Position numbers and translations under genes: made by a program. From Planctomycetota bacterium (GTDB taxonomy: Bacteria; Planctomycetota; JAJSAM01; JAJVHW01), in assembly GCA_965248445.1 (NCBI GenBank), contig CBDFJG010000001.1, positions 1 to 64,000 of the forward strand: DNA of 64,000 nt. Direction: 5' to 3'. This document shows positions 1 through 9,091 of this stretch, one piece after another; position 1 is the first letter of the stretch; each line of letters opens with the position of its first letter. The notes beneath the pieces are model-generated. The model did not search any database. It saw only the letters and a program-made list of their open reading frames with translations, and had not been told where the DNA came from.

Positions 1-2
1 TC

Positions 3-407
3 GAGATGGAGGCAGAGCTCCACGAGGACGGCGAGGCGATGTGGATCGTCTCCCCGCGCGTCATCCCGAAGCTGCGCCAGATGAAGGACGGAGCAGGGCA
101 CTACATCTGGCAGGAGGACGCGCGCACCGGCGCGCCCGCCTCGCTGCTGGGCCGCGCGGTCGTGAAGAACTACCGCAGTCCGGCCGTCGGCTCCCTCGGC
201 GACGTGCTCCTGATCGTGCCGAGCTACTACCTGATCAAGGACGGCGTCGCGACCACGGTCGCCGCTTCCGAGCACGTGCTCTTCAAGCAGAACAAGACCG
301 TCGTCAAGGCCTTCAAGACCGTCGATGGCGGCCCGTGGCTCAACGGTCCCATCCAGCAGGAAGACGGGCAGACCTACAGCCCGTTCGTCGCGCTCGACGT
401 CCCGTAG
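3..407 (+). CDS. Phage major capsid protein, HK97 family (C-terminal part; gene starts upstream of the window)
   Basis: Motifs KLRQMKDGAGHYIWQ, ASLLGRAV and SEHVLFKQNKTVVKAFKTVDGGPW are typical of HK97-fold capsid C-termini; first gene of a head-tail cluster. Confidence 0.9.
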   Translation, partial: EMEAELHEDGEAMWIVSPRVIPKLRQMKDGAGHYIWQEDARTGAPASLLGRAVVKNYRSPAVGSLGDVLLIVPSYYLIKDGVATTVAASEHVLFKQNKTVVKAFKTVDGGPWLNGPIQQEDGQTYSPFVALDVP

Positions 408-452
408 GCCGAGATCCGCTGATCCGCCGCTGACTCGACGAGGAGACCGAAC

Positions 453-851
453 ATGACCAAGAAGCTGACCGAGGCGCTGGGCTTCGACTGCATCGTGGAG
501 CCGCAGGACGTGGGCACCGCCGACGTCACGGGCACCTGGGTGGACGCTCGCCACGCCGGGCGACTCGTCGTCCTCGCGAAGGCCGGCGCCGTCACGGCGG
601 CCAAGGTCCTCACGGTGCAGCTCCGCCAGGCGCAGGACGCCGCGGGCACGGGCGCCAAGGACCTCGGTGCTGCCGTCACGTCGGTGGGCGTCGGCGGCGC
701 CGCACCGCCCGATGTCGAGATCGAGAAGGTCCCTTCCGATCTCGATGGCACGAACGGCTTCACGCACGTCACTGCCGTGCTGGGGATCGATGAGGCCGCC
801 AAGCTCGGCGCTGCCTACGTCGTCCGCGGCGACCGGCGCTACGTCCCGTAG
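453..851 (+). CDS. Putative capsid decoration/cement protein
   Basis: GAGGAG RBS; small beta-rich Ala/Gly/Thr protein directly after the capsid gene. Function inferred from position. Confidence 0.55.
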   Translation: MTKKLTEALGFDCIVEPQDVGTADVTGTWVDARHAGRLVVLAKAGAVTAAKVLTVQLRQAQDAAGTGAKDLGAAVTSVGVGGAAPPDVEIEKVPSDLDGTNGFTHVTAVLGIDEAAKLGAAYVVRGDRRYVP

Positions 852-878
852 GCGAGCACGCGCACCAGGAGGTGAGGC

Positions 879-1103
879 ATGGGCTACGAGGTCATCTCGC
901 GTTTCTACGATCGCGAGCGCAGCGTCTACGTCGATCCGGGGGCGCCGTGTCCGCCGCTCGACGCCGCGACCGCCACGCGTCTGGTCCGGGCCGGGTGCCT
1001 CGCCGAGGTCACGGAGACCGTGCCCGCCGCCAAGCCGAAGCGCACCAAGAGCACGCGGACGAAGGCCCAGCCCACCGCGGTCGCCGACGACGCAGGGGAG
1101 TAG
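879..1103 (+). CDS. Small phage hypothetical protein
   Basis: AGGAGGTGAGG RBS; fills the gap between flanking genes. Confidence 0.7.
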   Translation: MGYEVISRFYDRERSVYVDPGAPCPPLDAATATRLVRAGCLAEVTETVPAAKPKRTKSTRTKAQPTAVADDAGE

Positions 1104-1106
1104 CCC

Positions 1107-1682
1107 GTGGGCCTCGCGCTCATCCAGGCGCCGGCCGAAGCCCTCGTGACGCTGGACGAAGCGCGGCTCCACCTGCGCGTGGACCTGCTCGAGGAGACCG
1201 ACCTCATCGGTGCACTCATCGAGGCGGCAACCGCGCAGGCCGAGGCGATCTGTCGGCGTCGCTTCGTCACGCAGCGCTGGCGCCACACGCTCGGGGAGTT
1301 CCCCGCCGGCGCGATCACACTGCCCCATCCACCGGTCGTCTCGGTCGAGAGCGTGCAGTACGTGGATGCGGACGGCGTGCTCAAGACAGTCGCGATCGCC
1401 GACTACGACGTCCGTACCAACGTGGTGCCGGGTGAAGCGGTGCCGGCGTACGGGAAGTCGTGGCCGTCGGCTCGCGCCGTGCCCGACGCCGTGCGTGTCG
1501 ACTTCACGTGTGGGTTCGGCGGTGCGGCGGCGGTTCCCGACGCGATCAAGCGCGCGGTGCTGCTGATCGTCGGCACACTCCACGCGAACCGCGAGACTGT
1601 TGCGCCCGTCGCGATGCAGCCGATCCCTCATGCGGCCGATTGGCTTCTCTCCCCCTACCGAGTCCATAGGTTTGCGGGGTAG
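1107..1682 (+). CDS. Head-tail connector (gp6-like)
   Basis: VTLDEARLHLRVD ... VPDAIKRAVLLIVGTLHANRE ... LLSPYR motifs. Confidence 0.9.
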   Translation: MGLALIQAPAEALVTLDEARLHLRVDLLEETDLIGALIEAATAQAEAICRRRFVTQRWRHTLGEFPAGAITLPHPPVVSVESVQYVDADGVLKTVAIADYDVRTNVVPGEAVPAYGKSWPSARAVPDAVRVDFTCGFGGAAAVPDAIKRAVLLIVGTLHANRETVAPVAMQPIPHAADWLLSPYRVHRFAG

Positions 1683-1685
1683 ACG

Positions 1686-2021
1686 ATGGCAGTCCGCGCC
1701 GGCCGGCTCGACCGCAGGATCCGCTTGGAGCGGCGCCATGAGGAGATCGACGACTCGGGCCAGGCCGTCACGATCTGGCTCCCGCTTGCGGAGGTGTGGG
1801 CGCGCGTCGAACCGCTCGGTGGGCGCGAGGGCTTCGGCAAGCAGCAGTTCGTCGCGACAGGTGACTTGCGGTTCACGATCCGGTGGCGAGGCGACGTGAC
1901 GCCGCTCCACCGCGTTGTCCACGAAGAGCGCGCCTACGACGTCGTCACCGTCGTCGAGGCAGGCCGTCGCGAGGCGCTCCTGATCGTCGCCCGTGGTCGC
2001 ACAGACGGGAGCGAGTCGTGA
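1686..2021 (+). CDS. Phage head closure / head-tail adaptor (SPP1 gp16-like)
   Basis: RAGRLDRRIRLE ... VWARVEPLGGRE ... RFTIRW motifs. Confidence 0.9.
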   Translation: MAVRAGRLDRRIRLERRHEEIDDSGQAVTIWLPLAEVWARVEPLGGREGFGKQQFVATGDLRFTIRWRGDVTPLHRVVHEERAYDVVTVVEAGRREALLIVARGRTDGSES

Positions 2022-2524
2022 TCGACGTCGATGTCGCGGGGTTGAAGGAACTCGACGCAGCGCTCGGGGAGATCCCGGCCGCGCTGCGCCGCAACGTGGT
2101 GCTTGCCGCTCTCAGGAAGGCAGCGAAGCCGATCGTCAAGGACGCGCGTGCGCGTGCGCGGCGTGGCACCGACCCCAAGCGGCGCGGATCGCCGAAGCAG
2201 CGCAAGAAGGGCGAGTCCGAGTCCATCGGCCACGGCGCCGACTCGATCAGGGTCAGCGCCATCAAGTCGTCGGTCCGCAGCGAGACGGCCGTCGCGATCG
2301 GACCGGACGCGAAGCACTGGTACATGAGCTTCGTCGAGTTCGGGACCTCGCGGCAGGCACCCGACCGCTTCCTCACACCCGCGTTCGAGATCAACAAGGA
2401 CGCGGCGATCAAGGTCGTCGGCGACGAGCTGTGGAAGTCCCTCGCGCGGACCGCGAAGCGCCTCGCAAGGCAGGCCGAGACGGGCAAGCTCTCGAAGAAG
2501 TCGCTGCGGGCGCTGCAGTCATGA
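2018..2524 (+). CDS. HK97 gp10-family tail completion protein
   Basis: GTG start overlapping the previous stop; VAGLKELDAAL and FVEFGTSRQAPDRFLTPAF motifs. Confidence 0.9.
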   Translation: MIDVDVAGLKELDAALGEIPAALRRNVVLAALRKAAKPIVKDARARARRGTDPKRRGSPKQRKKGESESIGHGADSIRVSAIKSSVRSETAVAIGPDAKHWYMSFVEFGTSRQAPDRFLTPAFEINKDAAIKVVGDELWKSLARTAKRLARQAETGKLSKKSLRALQS

Positions 2525-2919
2525 CGCTCGGCAAGTACCTGCGACTCCTCCTCACGTCGGACGCCGGCGTCGCGGCGCTCGCGGGGAGTCGCGTCTACAC
2601 GGAGGTGCTGCCGCAGTCTCCGACCGTCCCGGCCGCGGTCTTCACCGAGGTTGCCGGCGGCGACGACTACGCGCTCGATGGGCCGACCGGCGCGGGCTCG
2701 CGACGCGTTCAGGTCGATGCGTGGGCGAAGACGCGCGCCGAGGCGACCGAACTGGCGCTGGCGCTCCAGGCGGTGCTCTCCGGCCACACCGGAGCTGCGG
2801 GCGGGCTCGAGGTCGAGGGCGTGTTCCTGCTCAACGAGCGATGGGACTTCGACCCGACGACCGGGCTCTACCGGACGGGCCAGGACTACGAGGTCTGGAT
2901 CGGCGGGACGGCGTCGTGA
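2521..2919 (+). CDS. Tail terminator, DUF3168-like
   Basis: ATGA overlap; VAALAGSRVY and RVQVDAWA motifs. Confidence 0.85.
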   Translation: MTLGKYLRLLLTSDAGVAALAGSRVYTEVLPQSPTVPAAVFTEVAGGDDYALDGPTGAGSRRVQVDAWAKTRAEATELALALQAVLSGHTGAAGGLEVEGVFLLNERWDFDPTTGLYRTGQDYEVWIGGTAS

Positions 2920-3050
2920 GGCGCTACTCGACCGCATGTCAAGCCAACTCGCCATCTCCCTGGAACCCTGGAGATTCCAGCGTTTCAGGGCCACGACGAC
3001 TCGCTAGGTCCGCTCAGAAGAGCGAATGTCCGCGACAAAGGAGGTGCTAC

Positions 3051-3458
3051 ATGACCAAGCACAAGCAGACGAACGCGACGAAGAGAGCTCGCGCGCCCCA
3101 CAAGGCCGCGAGCAAGGCCACCAAGACGACCGCGGCGAAGCGGTCCAAGAAGGCCACGAAGCCCAAGCCGAAGCGAGCGCGCGACCCACGGCTCCCCGTA
3201 CCGGGCTCGACGCTCGTGCGCGAGTACAAGGGACGCGCGATCCGCGTGAGCGTGCTGGAGGAGGGGTTCCGGTGGGAGCGGAAGGAGTACCGCTCGCTCT
3301 CCGCGCTCGCAGCCGCGATCACGGGGGCCAAGTCGATCAACGGTTTCCTCTGGTTCAAGCTGACAGACGCGAAGCGCGCGACGCCGAAGCGCGGCAAGAG
3401 TGCGTCGGCCTCGACCGAAGCCGCCGCCGTCAGCGACGAAGCGTCCCGTGCGGAGTAG
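3051..3458 (+). CDS. DUF2924-domain basic protein (putative DNA-binding)
   Basis: AAAGGAGG RBS; Lys/Ala-rich N-terminus, then PGSTLVREYKG...GFRWERKEYRSLSALAAAITGAKSINGFLWF. Confidence 0.8.
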   Translation: MTKHKQTNATKRARAPHKAASKATKTTAAKRSKKATKPKPKRARDPRLPVPGSTLVREYKGRAIRVSVLEEGFRWERKEYRSLSALAAAITGAKSINGFLWFKLTDAKRATPKRGKSASASTEAAAVSDEASRAE

Positions 3459-3723
3459 CGGCGACGCCGGGACCGCGCGCAGCACTCTGCGGGTCGGGCG
3501 ACAGGTCCACGCAGTCTCCTCGCTCGCCGAGGCATCGGCTCTGTACGCGGAGGAGCGGGATCGTTCGGGTCTCGGCGCGTCGCGTTTCCGCGAGGGGCGC
3601 ATCGTGACCGTCGACGGCGAAGAACTCCGCGTCTCCTACAACGCGCGCATCTGGCGCGGAGAGTGGCCGAACGCCGAGTTGGTCTACGACCCGGCAGCTG
3701 CAACGGAGTCTCTGCCGCTCTGA
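3448..3723 (+). CDS. Small hypothetical protein
   Basis: GTG start overlapping the previous gene; protein-like sequence RDRSGLGASRF...RVSYNARIW. Start uncertain. Confidence 0.6.
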   Translation: MRSSGDAGTARSTLRVGRQVHAVSSLAEASALYAEERDRSGLGASRFREGRIVTVDGEELRVSYNARIWRGEWPNAELVYDPAAATESLPL

Positions 3724-3741
3724 AGGACGGGGCCGAGGAAC

Positions 3742-3773
3742 GGAACCGGCGGTGTTCACGCGCCGCCGGTTCC
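3742..3773. terminator. Strong hairpin after the DUF2924 insert
   Basis: Perfect 11-bp inverted repeat GGAACCGGCGG/CCGCCGGTTCC; no U-tract. Confidence 0.45.
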
Positions 3774-3845
3774 ACGCGCCCCGCTTGATCGACCCTCCGT
3801 AGCCCTCGACGCTCAGGATCAGAGCGCAACCCACGGAGGCGGCTC

Positions 3846-4187
3846 ATGGCGGTCCTGACGGTCCAGCAGATCTCGCGCGCGGGGATTGACCCGACCCTCG
3901 ACGCCGCAGCGGCGGGCGGTGACTCGTTCGCCAACAGCGGGCGCGTGTTCCTGCGCGTGGTCAATGCCAACCTCTCCACGTCCCGGACGGTGACGGTCGT
4001 CTCGCAGCTCCCCGCCGGCGCGCTGCCGCAGGGAGCCGCCAAGACCGATCTCGTCGTCCAGGTCCCGGCGGACGAGGAGCGCTGGATCGGGCCCCTCGAC
4101 CCGCCGGCCTTCAACGACACGAACGCCCGCGTGGTCGTGACCTACTCGACCGAGGCGGACCTCTCCGTGGGGGCGTTCGCCCTGTAG
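3846..4187 (+). CDS. Phage structural hypothetical protein (before tail tube)
   Basis: GGAGG RBS; AAAAGGDSFANSGRVFLRVVN beta-rich sequence. Confidence 0.7.
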   Translation: MAVLTVQQISRAGIDPTLDAAAAGGDSFANSGRVFLRVVNANLSTSRTVTVVSQLPAGALPQGAAKTDLVVQVPADEERWIGPLDPPAFNDTNARVVVTYSTEADLSVGAFAL

Positions 4188-4205
4188 CGGGCGGAGGAGG
4201 ACCAG

Positions 4206-4655
4206 ATGGCGGCCACCGGCGCGAAGCTCGGCACGAAGACCAGGTTCCTGAAGGAGGACCCCGTCGATGGCGGGACGTTCGTCTCGGTCGCTGAGGTCAA
4301 GTCGATCGGCGGCCCGTCGCTCTCGCGCGACGCCGTCGAGGCGACCCACACCGAGTCCCCCGACGATCACGCGGAGTTCGTGCCGGGCATCGCCGACGGC
4401 GGCGAGATCTCGCTCGTCTTGAACTTCCGCCCCGAGCACGTCTCCCACGGCGCGAACTCCGGCCTGCTCGCGGACTTCCTCGCGGGCACGACGCGCAAGT
4501 GGCGCGTCGAGTGGCCGCAGTTCCCGAACACCCCGACGCTGACGGTGCCCGGCTTCATCACCGGCTGGGAGCCGTCCTCGGCCGCCAAGGACCTGCTCAC
4601 CGTGGCCTGCAAAATCAAGGTCACGGGACGCGCAGTCCCGACCGACTTCGCATAG
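4206..4655 (+). CDS. Major tail tube protein (lambda gpV-like)
   Basis: VAEVKSIGGPSLSRDAVEATH...PGIADGGEISLVLNF...IKVTG. Confidence 0.9.
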   Translation: MAATGAKLGTKTRFLKEDPVDGGTFVSVAEVKSIGGPSLSRDAVEATHTESPDDHAEFVPGIADGGEISLVLNFRPEHVSHGANSGLLADFLAGTTRKWRVEWPQFPNTPTLTVPGFITGWEPSSAAKDLLTVACKIKVTGRAVPTDFA

Positions 4656-4669
4656 AGGAGAGACCGGCG

Positions 4670-5035
4670 ATGGGCAACCCACATCGTGGCGAGGCGTCGT
4701 TCGACATCGGCGATCGCGCATACCGAGTGAGGTACTCCTGGAATGCGGCTGCGACCTACGAGGACGCCGCAGGGATGCCGCTGTCGGACGCGTTGCTCGA
4801 CATCGCCCGCGAGAAGCTCTCGGCGCGCTCGCTTCGCGCCATGCTGTGGGCGGGCCTGCAGGAGCACCACGCCGACGTGACGCTGAAGGACGCGGGACGC
4901 CTCATCGACGGCATGGGCCGCAAGGAGGCGCAGCGCGTGATGGGCGTGGCGCTGCGCTACTTCTTCCCCGAGCTCGACCCCGATGAGGCCGAGACCGCCG
5001 AGGCGGACCCTCCGACGCCCGCCCCTTCGGACTAG
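4670..5035 (+). CDS. Tail assembly chaperone (G-like)
   Basis: GAGGAG RBS; MGNPHRGEASF N-terminus; lies between tube and tape measure genes. Confidence 0.85.
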   Translation: MGNPHRGEASFDIGDRAYRVRYSWNAAATYEDAAGMPLSDALLDIAREKLSARSLRAMLWAGLQEHHADVTLKDAGRLIDGMGRKEAQRVMGVALRYFFPELDPDEAETAEADPPTPAPSD

Positions 5036-5343
5036 AGGAGTGGCGGGACCGGGCCGCTGAAGCGGGTATCCCGCCCGCAGTCTTCTGGCGACAGACGCCG
5101 CGCGAGACGGCGTGTCACCTGCGCGCGCTCTCCGCTGAGCGTCAGCGGACGTACGAACTCGCGATCTTCACGGCCTGGCATGCCGCTGCGCTCTCTCGCG
5201 TCGAGCGCATGCCAGAGCTCGGCCCGCTGATGGACCGAGTCTCCGGGCGGGGCGACGCTGAACAGGACCCGGAGGAGCAGATGGACGCCGCGCGGAGGCT
5301 TGCCGCGTCCTTCTCCGTCGCCCCCTCCAGGCGGGAAGCCTGA
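4987..5343 (+). CDS. Tail chaperone extension (T-like), -1 frame
   Basis: Open -1 frame between TGA 4984-4986 and TGA 5341-5343 encoding GIPPAVFWRQTPRE...TAWHAAALSR; no good own start. Confidence 0.75.
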   Translation, partial: GRDRRGGPSDARPFGLEEWRDRAAEAGIPPAVFWRQTPRETACHLRALSAERQRTYELAIFTAWHAAALSRVERMPELGPLMDRVSGRGDAEQDPEEQMDAARRLAASFSVAPSRREA

Positions 5344-5346
5344 CCC

Positions 5347-7800
5347 ATGGCCGTCGTCGGAAAACTGCGAGTGCTGCTCAGCGCGGACTCCGCGCAGATC
5401 ACGTCCGACCTCGGCAAGGCGCGCGCCGCCGTCAAGAAGACCGGCACCGAGATCCGCCAGATGGGCGGCGCGGGCAAGGCAATGCGTTCGGTCACCAACG
5501 AGATCCAGGGCGTCGGTCCGGCTCTGCGCGGCGTGGAGCAGGCGACGCAGCTTGCCACGCAGTCCCTGACGCTCATGGGCGCAGAGGTCTCCCCGGCGAT
5601 GTCCGGCATCACCACGTCGCTGGCAGGACTCGTGACGGGCGGGTTCACGCCTGTCGGCATCGCCATCGCCGCCGTCGGTGCCGGTTTCGCGCTGCTGGTC
5701 TCTCAGAAGGAGGACATCGTCTCGGTCTTCGCCGCAACCGAGGACCGGGCCAAGTCCACGCGCGAGAGCTTGGAGAAGCTGCGGATCGAGCTGGGCCTCC
5801 TGCGCCGCGGCGAGGACGCCGAGTCGGCCGACGTGGACATCGCCGGCGCCGAGAAGGAACTGCGCCGCCGCAAGAACCTCGCTGTCCGGGAGAGTCAGGC
5901 GGGTCTCATCGGCCACGAGGACGTGGGTTCGTTCTGGCGCAATCTCGGCGCCGCGATCTTCCCGCGCGAGGGCTTCCTGCCTTCGATCGACAACGCCGCC
6001 CAGGCAGCCGACGCGCTGGTCAGGGAGCAGGAGCGCTACATCGCTGGCCTGCGCGAGCAGCGGGAGATTCAGGGCGAGATCAAGGGCAGCCGGAAGAAGA
6101 CGGCCGACGCTGCGAAGGAGGAGGCCGACGCGCAGAAGCAGATCGCCGCCGAGGCCAAGGCTACCGAGTCCGCGCTGGCGCAGTTCGAGGCGGCGCAGAC
6201 GGCGCGGGAGCGGGCGCGTCGCGACAAGGGCGTGGCGATCCAGGGGCTGCTCCGTCCCGACCTGTTCGACCCCGCGCTCGAACGGCAGCGCTCGCGCATC
6301 AACGACGCGATGGACGACCTGCGTCGCGCTTCGGACGCGCCGCGCGAGAAGCGGATCGAGCTGAGAGCGCGCATCCAGCATGAGCGCGAGATGCTCGACC
6401 TCCTGAAGCGCGAGAGGACGGTTCGGGAGGGCATCGCCGCCGTTCGCACTGCTGCCACGCGCGCCGACGCGCTGCGACGCGAGAACGATCGCAGCGCCCT
6501 TCGCGTGGACCCCGGCGTCACAGACCGCGACAAGGCGCTCACCGAGCATCGCGCCGAGGTCGAGGAGACGCTGGCGTCCAAGGCGCTGGAGGGGCTCGAG
6601 CGCGACGCGCCGGAGTACCTGCGGCTCGTGGAGGAGTTCCGTCGGCGAGAGGCGGCCATCAACAGCGAGCACGACCAGCTCGCCGTCGATGCGCAGAGCA
6701 ACTTCCTCGACCGCGTGGACGCGATCCGCCGGCAAGCCCAGGCCGCAACGCTCGTGGACGACCGAAGCCTCACGCGGCTGAAGCTCGACGAGGCGGGTGC
6801 GCGCTACAGCGCCGAGGTCCGCATCGTCAGCGACGCCGAACGCCGCGGGCACCTGACCGAGGAGCAGGCCGGGCAGAAACGCCGTGCGCTCTTCGCCGCC
6901 CACATCGACCAGCGCCGCACGATCCTGCGCGAGGGGCGCGAGCAGGAACTCGCGTGGCTCGCCGACTACAACCAGCGTGTTCTGGCGCTCGCCGCCGATG
7001 GCGAGACCGACCAGTCGCGGCTCGCGCGCCTTGCCACAGCGGCGCACCTGGCCGCACTCCAGGAGGAGACGCGCAAGCAGGTCGAGGAACTGCGCCGTCG
7101 CGGCGAGCTCACGAAGGCGCTGGAGATCGAGGCGCTCTCTGCGCAGGCGCAGGCGCGCGTCCGCCGACAGGGGCAACTCTCCGCAGCGGTCACCGGCGAG
7201 GACCTCGGCTCCGGCTTTCAGGCGCGTATCAGCCAGCTTCGCGAGGAGACCGCGGGCTGGGGTCGGCTGGGCGCGCAGATGGCCGACGTCGCCGTGAACG
7301 ACCTCTCCGGCGGAATCAACGACGCCTTGGCAGAGGTCGCCAGCGGGAGCAAGTCGGCGTCGGAGGCGTTCCGGGAGTTCGCGGCGCAGTTCGCTCTCGA
7401 CGTGGCCCGCATGATCCAGCAGGCGCTGATCATGAAGGCGATCCTGTCGCTGTTTCCCGGGCTCTCGGGGGGCGGCGCGGGTGCGGCGGATGCGGGGGCC
7501 GGGGCGGCATCGGCTGCGCCGGCTGCCTCGGCCGCACACGGAGGCACGTTCCGGGTGGGCGGCTTCGGCGGTCTCGACAGCCAGCTCGTCACGATGAAGG
7601 TCTCGCCGGGCGAAGTGATCCGCGTGACCGACGGCGCCAACTCCCGCGGCGAGGGCGACATCAGTGTGGCGCTGACCGTCCGGCCTCCCGCCGTCATCGC
7701 AGACGATGTGATGGCGAAGTCGAGTCCCAAAGCGCGCGCTGCGATCGTCGGCTCAGCACTTCGCCGTCCTGGCCGCCGCGGCGCACGGGCGAGGGACTGA
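5347..7800 (+). CDS. Tape measure protein
   Basis: 817 aa helical Ala/Glu/Arg-rich; VGKLRVLLSADS start; AHGGTFRVGGFGGLDSQLV...SPGE C-terminal motif. Confidence 0.9.
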   Translation: MAVVGKLRVLLSADSAQITSDLGKARAAVKKTGTEIRQMGGAGKAMRSVTNEIQGVGPALRGVEQATQLATQSLTLMGAEVSPAMSGITTSLAGLVTGGFTPVGIAIAAVGAGFALLVSQKEDIVSVFAATEDRAKSTRESLEKLRIELGLLRRGEDAESADVDIAGAEKELRRRKNLAVRESQAGLIGHEDVGSFWRNLGAAIFPREGFLPSIDNAAQAADALVREQERYIAGLREQREIQGEIKGSRKKTADAAKEEADAQKQIAAEAKATESALAQFEAAQTARERARRDKGVAIQGLLRPDLFDPALERQRSRINDAMDDLRRASDAPREKRIELRARIQHEREMLDLLKRERTVREGIAAVRTAATRADALRRENDRSALRVDPGVTDRDKALTEHRAEVEETLASKALEGLERDAPEYLRLVEEFRRREAAINSEHDQLAVDAQSNFLDRVDAIRRQAQAATLVDDRSLTRLKLDEAGARYSAEVRIVSDAERRGHLTEEQAGQKRRALFAAHIDQRRTILREGREQELAWLADYNQRVLALAADGETDQSRLARLATAAHLAALQEETRKQVEELRRRGELTKALEIEALSAQAQARVRRQGQLSAAVTGEDLGSGFQARISQLREETAGWGRLGAQMADVAVNDLSGGINDALAEVASGSKSASEAFREFAAQFALDVARMIQQALIMKAILSLFPGLSGGGAGAADAGAGAASAAPAASAAHGGTFRVGGFGGLDSQLVTMKVSPGEVIRVTDGANSRGEGDISVALTVRPPAVIADDVMAKSSPKARAAIVGSALRRPGRRGARARD

Positions 7801-7802
7801 GG

Positions 7803-8459
7803 GTGGCGACGATCTTCCCCTTCGTCTTCCTGCGGCGCGGCTTCCGCGAGTACCAGGCGTTCCGCAACGTGGTGCACGAGCAGGGCGGCGGACGACGCAC
7901 GCTGCAGAAGGTCCACGCTGCGGGCGAGCTGGCCGTGCGCGGCTCGCTGCTCTTCCCGAACAAGGGCGGCACCTACAAGGACTTCGAAGCGTTCTGGAAC
8001 GCGCGCTTCGGTGGCTACGACGCGTTCCTCTACCAGCCACAGAACCCCGGCGCGAAAGCGATGATCGACGCGCCGGCTGTCGAGAGCGCGACGCAGAAGG
8101 ACTTCGACGCGACGCGGCGCTACGTGGATACCGCGACGCTCGTCGTGCGGAAGGACGGCATCCTGCAGACGCTTGGCGTCCACTACTCGGTGGCGAACGA
8201 GTCGGGCGGCGCGTACGTGCTCGGCACGTCCACGAAGCTCGTCGTCCGCTTCGTTACCGCACCCGGCACGGGCGCGACGGTCACGCTCGCCTACGACTTC
8301 TACGTCCCGGTGCGCTTCGAGGGGGACGACCTCCCCGACGATCAGGAGCTCGCGACGGGCGGTGCCGTGGGCGACGCACTCGTTGACCGCACCGTGTCCG
8401 TCCAACTGCGCGAGGCGGGGCCCGGCTGGAGCTACGCCGAGACCCCGAACGTCCTGTGA
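7803..8459 (+). CDS. Distal tail protein, DUF2460-like
   Basis: FEAFWNARFGGYDAF and RFVTAPGTGATVTLAYDFYVPVRFEGD motifs. Confidence 0.8.
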   Translation: MATIFPFVFLRRGFREYQAFRNVVHEQGGGRRTLQKVHAAGELAVRGSLLFPNKGGTYKDFEAFWNARFGGYDAFLYQPQNPGAKAMIDAPAVESATQKDFDATRRYVDTATLVVRKDGILQTLGVHYSVANESGGAYVLGTSTKLVVRFVTAPGTGATVTLAYDFYVPVRFEGDDLPDDQELATGGAVGDALVDRTVSVQLREAGPGWSYAETPNVL

Positions 8460-9088
8460 GACAGAAGAGCCCCGCACTGCTCGCGCTGCTGGAAGGCGAC
8501 CAGCTCGACCTCGTGGCGCTGGTCGAGATCGAGCGCAAGACGACGCCGCTTCGGTACGCGATCGACACCGAGTCACGCGTCTGGAACGACCTCACGTTCG
8601 AGGCGACGGGCGGGGCGTTCGGCGAGATCCAGGAGTCGGCTGAGCGCGAGATCCCCGCACTTCAGATGGTGCTGCAGAACGCGGACGGCGTACTCGGGCC
8701 GCTCTGCCACCCCGACGCGGGCGGCGAGGACCTCCGAGGCCGGCGCTGCACGATCCGGCAGGCGAGCCGCACGCTGCTCGCGGGCGCCACGCCCGACGAC
8801 CTGGTCATCGAGTGGGTCTTCTTCGTGAACGCCTACTCGTTCATCGGGCGCGAGGCGGTGGCGTTCGATTTGGGCGTCTTCCCGGCGGAGGAGATCCGCG
8901 TCCCCGACCGCACGCTGCAGGGCCTGCGCTGCCGCTGGATCTATCGAGGCGAGCACTGTGGCTACGTCGGCGATCTGCCGACCTGCGCGAGGACTCGCGA
9001 GGACTGCCGCAAGCACTACGAGGGCGAGCCGCTGCGGTTCGGGGGGTTCCCGACCTCCGCCGACGCGCGCGCGCTCCGGGTGGAGTGA
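8456..9088 (+). CDS. Tail tip hub protein (lambda gpL-like, four C-terminal Cys)
   Basis: CRWIYRGEHCGY...CARTREDC...RFGGFP. Confidence 0.85.
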   Translation: MRQKSPALLALLEGDQLDLVALVEIERKTTPLRYAIDTESRVWNDLTFEATGGAFGEIQESAEREIPALQMVLQNADGVLGPLCHPDAGGEDLRGRRCTIRQASRTLLAGATPDDLVIEWVFFVNAYSFIGREAVAFDLGVFPAEEIRVPDRTLQGLRCRWIYRGEHCGYVGDLPTCARTREDCRKHYEGEPLRFGGFPTSADARALRVE

Positions 9089-9091
9089 GTC

